A stretch of 50,246 nucleotides of DNA from a virus. Taxonomy: Duplodnaviria; Caudoviricetes. Under the pieces are notes generated by a model. The model was not told where the DNA came from. It made no database searches and was given only the letters and a program-made list of their open reading frames with translations. A program made the translations under genes and the position numbers. Shown in pieces: positions 43,822 to 50,246 of the stretch. Every line of letters begins with the position of its first letter. The first letter of the stretch is position 1. Location of the stretch: the IMG/VR virus record IMGVR_UViG_3300029183_000006, positions 1-50,246 of that record; one strand, given 5' to 3'.

Positions 43822-43823
43822 GG

Positions 43824-44120
43824 CTATAGAAACGCGTCCTTGGAAAGTGTGCATTGACTCATAATGTCTCTCGCTTCCTCATTGTCACCAAAGTCACAAG
43901 CGCCGCATTGCGAACATTCATGAACTGGAACAGAGCAAATACAATCCTCACAGCATCCGGCATTGGCTCCGCCAACAAATTTCATGTCGTGACCAGCCTG
44001 TTCGCAAGTCGATCGAGCGATTTTGTTGCGGAGAAAGATAATATTGTCTTCCGCCTCTTTAAGCTGTTGACGAAGATTCACCCTATCTTTCCTCATTCGT
44101 CGTTGTGTTTGCTGCTTCAT
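43824..44120 (-). CDS. Cys-rich hypothetical protein
   Basis: Coiled coil then C...GH...GG.N.GC...C.CSVPV..C..CG.CD.G. Confidence 0.6.
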   Translation of the reverse strand: MKQQTQRRMRKDRVNLRQQLKEAEDNIIFLRNKIARSTCEQAGHDMKFVGGANAGCCEDCICSVPVHECSQCGACDFGDNEEARDIMSQCTLSKDAFL

Positions 44121-44400
44121 TCTCTGATCTGATTACGGCCAACAGATCAGGTGCGGCGTCGATTTGGATGGCCCAGGCATCGCGATAGTTTGGTGGCAAT
44201 CCTTCCACTGGCTCTATACTTATCAACTTCACCCCATCCTCAGCTGCCGCTTCGAGGAAATTCTCAATCACGAATGAAACAATTTCTCTTCGAATATCGT
44301 TTGGTAAAGTGGCATTGAAGATCTTGAGTGACTTTTCGCTAAGGGAGAGCGACGCGATGTTCATCCAGTGTTGGGTTTTGGCGGGCGGGGGTTTGGGCAT
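44083..44400 (-). CDS. hypothetical protein
   Basis: Part of the leftward operon. Confidence 0.5.
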   Translation of the reverse strand: MPKPPPAKTQHWMNIASLSLSEKSLKIFNATLPNDIRREIVSFVIENFLEAAAEDGVKLISIEPVEGLPPNYRDAWAIQIDAAPDLLAVIRSENEAANTTTNEER

Positions 44401-44403
44401 GGC

Positions 44404-44757
44404 TTAGTCCGGCTTTTTGCAAAATTTGCTGTTGTTCCCAGCCCGATCCGCTAATCGCTCAACATCTTTTGCAAAATCGTTGTCGCCATGGACTCTCGCT
44501 CTGTATGCATATTCCAGCAAAGCACTTTTGGCGTTTTCATCTTTGAGCTTGATAGCAAAGAACTCTTCTTCGTCGCCAGGAAGGCCTAACTCAATGAGAT
44601 CTGGACTTTCGGTAATGTGGTGGATAAGCGTGCCTTGGTCTTGGATGACATCCTCCAAAGCCTGTGGCGAAAGTTTGTCCAAACGAACAAGCGCATACTT
44701 GCAAATCCCTTGGCGTTTTGGGTCATTTCTAAGCAGCCTCATACCATCTCTCCTCAT
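44404..44757 (-). CDS. conserved phage hypothetical protein
   Basis: KYAL, EFF.IKLKD..A..AL..YA, K.PD motifs. Confidence 0.6.
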   Translation of the reverse strand: MRRDGMRLLRNDPKRQGICKYALVRLDKLSPQALEDVIQDQGTLIHHITESPDLIELGLPGDEEEFFAIKLKDENAKSALLEYAYRARVHGDNDFAKDVERLADRAGNNSKFCKKPD

Positions 44758-45182
44758 TCATTCGATTGCACTGGTCGCGGGTTAGATTTCAGCACGTCCC
44801 AAAGATTCTGCACGAATTCATCATCTTCTGTGCATTCTTCAATCTGAAGCGCCGCATCTTCGATCTTGCGCAGCCGTTCGTTCTCCCGCTCCAGATCCTC
44901 AACCCGCCGCGCCGTTACGATCAAAGCGGGCGCTGCGTTGCGAATGGCGGCGATGAAGGCGCGATCTTCGTAAGAACCATTTTCAGCAACAACAGCCATG
45001 CAATAGGGACCATGCGTCTGTACAATCTGCTGTCCACCGGTTGGCTCCCAAGGCCTTGACGTTGCTTTCTTCTCCAACTCAGTAAGAGCATCCAGATCAA
45101 GATCAGCCATGGCTTGCTGCGTGATGCCCTTTTCAATCTGGTGGTCGGCAATGCGGTGACCTATATGGTAGGGCGTGTTCAT
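44754..45182 (-). CDS. Ead/Ea22-like accessory protein
   Basis: L..L.KKAT..PW.....D.AFIAA.RNA.PAL motif. Confidence 0.55.
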   Translation of the reverse strand: MNTPYHIGHRIADHQIEKGITQQAMADLDLDALTELEKKATSRPWEPTGGQQIVQTHGPYCMAVVAENGSYEDRAFIAAIRNAAPALIVTARRVEDLERENERLRKIEDAALQIEECTEDDEFVQNLWDVLKSNPRPVQSNE

Positions 45183-45655
45183 TGATTATCACCCTTCGAA
45201 TAATCTGGTAGCATCGGCGGCGCTGAATCTTCTTCTAGGCTCCTTTGCATCGCTGGGAGAACGGTCTCAGACATTGTCCTGCCATCCGGCATCACGATAT
45301 GTGGCATGAATTCTTCATCGAACGAAACAATGCCGGTTTCGATAGCTTCAAGCTTGCCTTTGACAATTAGGAGGACAGCACGCCAGACTTGACGAGTGGC
45401 TTGGTCGTACGCCTTTTGGATATCGGTATCAGACCTTTGATCGCCGCTTTTTGTGTATGTAATATTTGACGATGACCTGTCTGGCATCGGGACTGATAAG
45501 CGAACGGCTCGCCCTTCCATTGTGAAAGCCAGAACAGCGCGTTGTCCCTGCCAGGCGTACATGAAACCCGACGCTCCGTACTTGTTAAGCACCTTTTCAA
45601 TCTCGCTTCGAGACTGCGAAGCTGGAACCTTGGTGGTTTTGGCATATTGAGTCAT
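45179..45655 (-). CDS. conserved phage hypothetical protein
   Basis: YA..T.V....SR.EIE..L..YGA..F ... WR...L..K.KLEA...GI..F.EEF. Confidence 0.7.
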   Translation of the reverse strand: MTQYAKTTKVPASQSRSEIEKVLNKYGASGFMYAWQGQRAVLAFTMEGRAVRLSVPMPDRSSSNITYTKSGDQRSDTDIQKAYDQATRQVWRAVLLIVKGKLEAIETGIVSFDEEFMPHIVMPDGRTMSETVLPAMQRSLEEDSAPPMLPDYSKGDNQ

Positions 45656-46044
45656 ACCGTCACCAGCTCATACATCTCGGCAAACCGGTCATGGCTGACG
45701 ACATAGCCATCGCGTCGACCGGGCTCGTTGTAGACTAACCAATTACCTTTGGAGTAATGGGACTGGCCTTCTTTCGTTTGGATCACACCGTTATCTTCTG
45801 CGCGTTCTGCCCAAACCTTGCCGGTCTTGACATATTGCCCTGGCACACTGGTGATTTTGTAAGTCTTCGCAAAGCTTTCGGCGTCGATCGTGTAAACCTC
45901 GCCGCTATTGTCGACGAACCAATCGCCTTGCTTGGCCCATTGCTTGTCGCCCCATTTGCGATAGGCGATGCCACCGTTATCAAGTTCCAGATTGATCTGG
46001 ACGGCCGTGACAGGATTGCCTTTGCGTTTTTGATACTGGTTCAT
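45652..46044 (-). CDS. PGDYG-like tandem-domain protein
   Basis: Two repeats: GDW.V....Y.I....F..TY and GNWLV......Y.V....F...Y. Confidence 0.65.
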   Translation of the reverse strand: MNQYQKRKGNPVTAVQINLELDNGGIAYRKWGDKQWAKQGDWFVDNSGEVYTIDAESFAKTYKITSVPGQYVKTGKVWAERAEDNGVIQTKEGQSHYSKGNWLVYNEPGRRDGYVVSHDRFAEMYELVTV

Positions 46045-46352
46045 TGAGAATCACCTTTCAAGACATCATCACGCATCCCTTTGACACGTTCTTCAAAACG
46101 AGGTTCATAGTCTGTGATTTTAGGTTTATGGATTTCAGCGCGATCTCGTCGGATGTCCTGAATAGGAGTTGAATCGATGGCTAGTTTGGGTCCATAAGTT
46201 CCAGATATGGAATAAATAACAATGAATAATGCTACACCAATAACGGCGCCTATCAGACCGCCTATCTTCTTTCCAATCCAAAATCCCAAACCGCATAGAA
46301 GTAATGTCAGGATCATGGAAAGAGGGCCAAACCATTGAAATTCGATAGTCAT
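46041..46352 (-). CDS. two-TM membrane protein coupled to the SPFH gene
   Basis: Two hydrophobic helices; ATGA overlap with the SPFH stop. Confidence 0.6.
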   Translation of the reverse strand: MTIEFQWFGPLSMILTLLLCGLGFWIGKKIGGLIGAVIGVALFIVIYSISGTYGPKLAIDSTPIQDIRRDRAEIHKPKITDYEPRFEERVKGMRDDVLKGDSQ

Positions 46353-47227
46353 TTTGCACTATCCTTTGAGAATATACGATTTTGAGCCCCAAATGAATTC
46401 ATTGCTTCAAATGGCATGAAGACAGTGGCCTGATTTTCCGCCATCGCTTCCTGAACCTCTAAGGCGCGGTAGGCTAGATATTTCTCAGTAACCGATTCGG
46501 CCACAAGTTCGTTTTCAAGCTTGATGGTTTGGGCTCGCTTTAGCCGCACTGCTTGATTTTTCTCTGCCAACTGCAATTCGGTCTCAGCTTGAATGAGAGC
46601 GATTTTGCGCTCATTTTCCTCCCGCCCAATCGCAACCTCTCGTTCTTTTGCTGCAATTTTTGCTTGGGTGATGATGTCGGGGTATTGAACGTCTGCCAGA
46701 TCTACAAAGCCGATGTTTATAGGCGTGCCGTTCAACGAGCCCTTTAGCTTATCAGAAAGCTCCGCGCCGATTGTCTCACGATTTGAGACAATTTCGGCAA
46801 TTGAATATTGAGCCATATGCGATCGTGCTACAGTTCTGAGCCTACTAATCGCATAGACATCAAATACTTGATTGAACTTTACCGTTTCCCCTTCGGTAGG
46901 AACGATCTTGTCAAAGATGCGGTGAATATCATCTGGATTGTCCGAAATGCTCGCCTGCCCACGGATATCAAACGATATGTTCAGTTCATCCTTTGGCATA
47001 AAAAGCTGCATGGACAGCTTAAAGCTTTGATCGGAAACCTCGACAAGAACAAGTCTGTCGCAATATGCCCAACACTTTTCCAGGCGAAACTTAGATGGTG
47101 GGATAACTTCTGGCTGGAATCCACTTTTAGTGAGAATTTTTCCGACATGTGCTGGGGGAACCTCTACTCGTTCACCGCATGCTGAAAGTGACAATGCGAT
47201 GAGAGAGCACACAATAAAACGAAACAT
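46349..47227 (-). CDS. SPFH/Band-7 domain lipoprotein
   Basis: AAAGGAG RBS; MFRF...LSAC lipobox; V.P.HVG; YP..I..A..A..ERE coiled-coil tail. Confidence 0.85.
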   Translation of the reverse strand: MFRFIVCSLIALSLSACGERVEVPPAHVGKILTKSGFQPEVIPPSKFRLEKCWAYCDRLVLVEVSDQSFKLSMQLFMPKDELNISFDIRGQASISDNPDDIHRIFDKIVPTEGETVKFNQVFDVYAISRLRTVARSHMAQYSIAEIVSNRETIGAELSDKLKGSLNGTPINIGFVDLADVQYPDIITQAKIAAKEREVAIGREENERKIALIQAETELQLAEKNQAVRLKRAQTIKLENELVAESVTEKYLAYRALEVQEAMAENQATVFMPFEAMNSFGAQNRIFSKDSAK

Positions 47228-47265
47228 ATTATCTCCTTTGATGTTACGTGACGATGTCAGACTCA

Positions 47266-47418
47266 TCATGATCCGATTACCCTATCCATCATTTCTCGGG
47301 TTTCCTTAGACCATTTGTCAGCCCATGCTTCGCCTTCTTTAAAGCCCTTCCAATACCCCAGCTCAAATCCTGCTAATACACCTATAACAAAAAGAATAAT
47401 TATCGAGACTAAAACCAT
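47266..47418 (-). CDS. 50-aa membrane-anchored peptide (not in ORF track)
   Basis: MVLVSIIILFVIGVLAGFELGYWKGFKEG... Confidence 0.45.
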   Translation of the reverse strand: MVLVSIIILFVIGVLAGFELGYWKGFKEGEAWADKWSKETREMMDRVIGS

Positions 47419-47612
47419 GACAGCACCCATATAGCGATAATCGTCGCGACAGATCCGCTAATTGCACAGATTACAAACCCAAGTGGCCCTTCAATTCGAG
47501 ATGGTTCGTCAACCTCTTCAACTCGGATATGCGGTTGAAGGACGGGGTTGACCCACGCCTGATAAGCCGCGAGCTGAGGACCTGTCATGGTCACTCTGTA
47601 GAGTCTGGTCAT
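47409..47612 (-). CDS. small protein with C-terminal TM
   Basis: ATGA-coupled. Confidence 0.5.
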   Translation of the reverse strand: MTRLYRVTMTGPQLAAYQAWVNPVLQPHIRVEEVDEPSRIEGPLGFVICAISGSVATIIAIWVLSWF

Positions 47613-48040
47613 GGTTTGCCGCCAATCTTAGGGTAACGATTGTGAAGAATTTCAGGTTGAACTATGCCGGCAATCATTGCTCTGTAGAGGCGATTAAAAG
47701 TTCTCTCGGCCGTGATACGGTTGTGAATCGGGCCGCTGACATCCTCGCCATAGAACGCCACATAGAAAACTTCACCGTTGTCGATGATCTTTAGCGGATG
47801 ATTAGGCTTGCGCTGCCATTCTGGCGCATTGGTTTTTGCGGTGAGGTGTTCCTCATTGGAGTGGTTGATTACCATAGCATCGGCGAATGCCTTGGATTCT
47901 GGATCGGCAAAAACATCGACGCTACGAGCAATACATTCTTTGGCGAAAACATCGGTCCAATGTTTTTTATCGGCGTAGAGGATTTCTGACAGCCGTTTTT
48001 GATAGCGGGCTGCCCATACTTCTGGTTCAATCCTGGTCAT
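47609..48040 (-). CDS. hypothetical protein
   Basis: Leftward operon. Confidence 0.55.
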   Translation of the reverse strand: MTRIEPEVWAARYQKRLSEILYADKKHWTDVFAKECIARSVDVFADPESKAFADAMVINHSNEEHLTAKTNAPEWQRKPNHPLKIIDNGEVFYVAFYGEDVSGPIHNRITAERTFNRLYRAMIAGIVQPEILHNRYPKIGGKP

Positions 48041-48374
48041 TGGTTTGATCCATTAAAAACCCGCTACAGATTTCTCCGTTTGCAATTTTTAAACCCATTT
48101 CATTGGGATAAAACATGCGGTCGGCAACTTTTGTGCGTGAATCAACGAAATCGCGTGATGCTTCTTGCACGGCGACCGAAACTGTTTTTTGTCGCGCGCC
48201 CTTAAGTCGAAAGTGGGTGTAGACTGGGATGTGCTCTTGTTTTGTTTTTCCATTGGAAAGAAGAATCGTCCTGATCAAAGTACAAGGACATTCGGGCAAC
48301 CAAGCGGCTTCGTAATGCTCGTTATCTCGAAGCCAAATCAGAAAGTTGCGAACGGATTTTTCAAGAAGTGTCAT
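48027..48374 (-). CDS. hypothetical protein
   Basis: ATGA-coupled. Confidence 0.55.
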   Translation of the reverse strand: MTLLEKSVRNFLIWLRDNEHYEAAWLPECPCTLIRTILLSNGKTKQEHIPVYTHFRLKGARQKTVSVAVQEASRDFVDSRTKVADRMFYPNEMGLKIANGEICSGFLMDQTNDQD

Positions 48375-48637
48375 TTCTTGATTTCCTTTTCAATCTCATT
48401 CGGATCGACCCAACATTCACTAGGCATCAAGCCCGATTCTTCGCAGGCTGTTTTCATATCGTCTTCGCTAATGGTAATTTGTTCTATGACCGTTGCGGTG
48501 ATCTGAAGCGTCTCGGTTGCCTCTTCGGCAATCCCGCATGCGGCAAAAACTGTCAGCCCAATCATGAACACCATCAACAACAAAGCGCCAATCGCCCAGC
48601 ATCGTTCTTCGCGATTTAGGCTATTCCAGCAGTTCAC
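48371..48637 (-). CDS. single-TM hypothetical protein
   Basis: Hydrophobic helix near the N-terminus. Confidence 0.5.
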   Translation of the reverse strand: MNCWNSLNREERCWAIGALLLMVFMIGLTVFAACGIAEEATETLQITATVIEQITISEDDMKTACEESGLMPSECWVDPNEIEKEIKK

Positions 48638-49011
48638 AGTGAAGCCCTCCTGGCGTCAATTTCATTGACGATCCGATATCCTTTCGCGCGTGTCGATTTT
48701 GCTTCGGCAAGCAGGCCATTCAAGTCTTGCAGGAGCCTAGTCACCTCTTCTGTATCGGTTGATATTTTATCGATACCGGCAATTAGTCCCTGGACGCTCT
48801 GTGTGTTAATTTCGACCTGTTCTTTGATCAGAGCGATTTCACGCTCAACCTCGGCAAGGCGTGTATCAGTCTTATCAGATTTAATGCTGTGCCACTTATC
48901 ACGTTCGATAAGGACCCCACGCTGCTTGCCGTGTTGCCAGCTCAAGATACTGGCCGCTATCGGCAAACATAGTGCAATGATAACAAACGTTGGGACGGTG
49001 CGCGGAGTCAT
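48634..49011 (-). CDS. membrane-anchored coiled-coil protein
   Basis: N-terminal TM followed by heptad repeats. Confidence 0.55.
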   Translation of the reverse strand: MTPRTVPTFVIIALCLPIAASILSWQHGKQRGVLIERDKWHSIKSDKTDTRLAEVEREIALIKEQVEINTQSVQGLIAGIDKISTDTEEVTRLLQDLNGLLAEAKSTRAKGYRIVNEIDARRASL

Positions 49012-49361
49012 TGTATTTCGGCCAATGCACTTACTAGGTTTCGCAAAGCTTCGCGATGACGTTCATTCTGAATATTCTTATAATTTTTCATCAGCATCAT
49101 CGTATCGCGACCATGTCCGCTTGGCGCTTTTTCGACATCGCTGTAAAAGTATTGGATAGGCGTTTGCAAAACATTAGCGATGTCATATAGCCTAGAAGCG
49201 GATACGCGATTGATGCCACATTCGTATTTATGAACCTGTTGATAGGTCAAAGAAAGAAGATCCGCCAAATCAGATTGTGTAATACCATTTTCGATACGCT
49301 TTGCTCTTATCAATCTACCAATCTTTTTATCTTTTTCATTTGGCCTTGCTTTGGTTTTCAT
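49008..49361 (-). CDS. XRE-family HTH transcriptional regulator
   Basis: D..IG..IR..R...G.TQ..LA..L..TYQQV.KYE.G.NRVSASRL..IA..L. Confidence 0.9.
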   Translation of the reverse strand: MKTKARPNEKDKKIGRLIRAKRIENGITQSDLADLLSLTYQQVHKYECGINRVSASRLYDIANVLQTPIQYFYSDVEKAPSGHGRDTMMLMKNYKNIQNERHREALRNLVSALAEIQ

Positions 49362-49549
49362 GACGCACTCTCAAATTCGATGATGTTGTCGGATTCGTTG
49401 TTCAACAAATCTGCAATGGATTTAAAGCGAATTTTCATTAGTGCCATATTGGCAGAAAAGTCGTCGGGGCTGTTGGTTACCATGCCGTCGATTTCTTTAA
49501 TTGCATCCAATGCAACTTGGCGAGCCTGGCGGAGGTTAGGCTGTGTCAT
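49358..49549 (-). CDS. hypothetical protein
   Basis: ATG at 49549 (MTQPNL), ATGA-coupled to two small upstream ORFs (about 49546-49868). Confidence 0.45.
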   Translation of the reverse strand: MTQPNLRQARQVALDAIKEIDGMVTNSPDDFSANMALMKIRFKSIADLLNNESDNIIEFESAS

Positions 49550-49864
49550 GATGGCGAACCCATGATCGGCATGGCATCCATGCGTTTGAGCATGGCTTCG
49601 TATCGCCACTTTTCATCCAACGCTGCCACCATCTCGTTATCATTTTGAGACATGATAGCTCGGTATTCGGCCTCTTTTGCGTTCTGGAGAATACGTTCTC
49701 TTATTTGGGCATTAGCGCTCATGATGATTTTTCCAATTCTTGGGCATAGATGTTCATCTCGTGGCTAAGCTGACCCATGCGCCATGCAAGACGTTTATCC
49801 AGATTTTTGATACGGGCAAGTCGGCGCAAAGCAGTCGCGACAACTCGGAATATTTGAATTTCGC

Positions 49865-50062
49865 TCATGCTGCAGCCTGATTGACGTCGAAAGTATCAAG
49901 AATGACCGTTACAATGGCATCGTCCACAAAATCCCGGATATCTGGGTGTTTTTTGCCAATGCCATTTAGTTTGTTTATCGTTTGCCGCTGATAACGCGGC
50001 GCGAATTTTGCATAGTTCTTGACCAAACTAACAACTTCCTGCTTTTGTGTTTTGGTCGTCAT
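49865..50062 (-). CDS. hypothetical protein
   Basis: GGAG RBS before MTTKTQ. Confidence 0.45.
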   Translation of the reverse strand: MTTKTQKQEVVSLVKNYAKFAPRYQRQTINKLNGIGKKHPDIRDFVDDAIVTVILDTFDVNQAAA

Positions 50063-50229
50063 TGCGATGATCTCCAATAAAGTTTCGAGTTTAGGAGCGA
50101 ACCAGTAGCAAGGCTCTTCGTTGCGCATCGCATCAATGCTGGTCCAATGACACCAATCGTTTTTGCTGACTTCGCGTGCAACGCCGTGAGGGGTGTTATT
50201 CGCATAAATCAGCCAGATACGACCGAATT

Positions 50230-50246
50230 GATCGTGACTGGGAAAC
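50230..50246 (-). other. SISPA/random-amplification primer (technical)
   Basis: GATCGTGACTGGGAAAC is the reverse complement of 1-17. Confidence 0.92.

Noticed and set aside
49008-49361. Phage CI immunity repressor
   Set aside because: No S24 peptidase domain and no divergent cro/operator region nearby; the immunity region is probably outside the window
1-50246. 17-bp terminal inverted repeat suggesting a linear genome or transposon ends
   Set aside because: It is the known random-amplification primer, and the left end cuts through the portal ORF

Overview
A 50.2-kb fragment of a temperate short-tailed (podovirus-like) dsDNA phage, probably infecting an alphaproteobacterium. The host call is an inference from the XRE regulator type. 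Both ends carry the same 17-nt random-amplification (SISPA) primer, so the ends are technical. Terminase, replication and immunity genes are absent. The + strand (1 to about 33.2 kb, resuming about 34.9-40.2 kb) is the late region. It encodes a truncated P22-like portal, scaffold, N4-gp56-type major capsid protein, head-tail connectors, an ART-like effector and ejection proteins. These are followed by a roughly 14-kb array of fibre/spike/adaptor genes, membrane/lysis genes, a beta-helix enzyme, an endolysin and a GH16. A leftward insert (33.2-34.8 kb) encodes a GGQ release-factor-like protein. The - strand (40.5-50.2 kb) is the early accessory arm, with a tyrosine integrase, excisionase, an intact attP carrying the 3' part of tRNA-Ser(CGA), an SPFH lipoprotein, an XRE regulator and many small coupled ORFs. 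The most notable signals are: an ORF spanning attP plus a duplicated att arm; two candidate ncRNAs at 40.15-40.5 kb; a Tat-like mini-protein resembling a capsid segment; an apparently attenuated ATT-start tailspike; recurring docking-peptide pairs among the fibre genes; and the GGQ factor. All family calls come from motif recognition by eye; no database searches were run.
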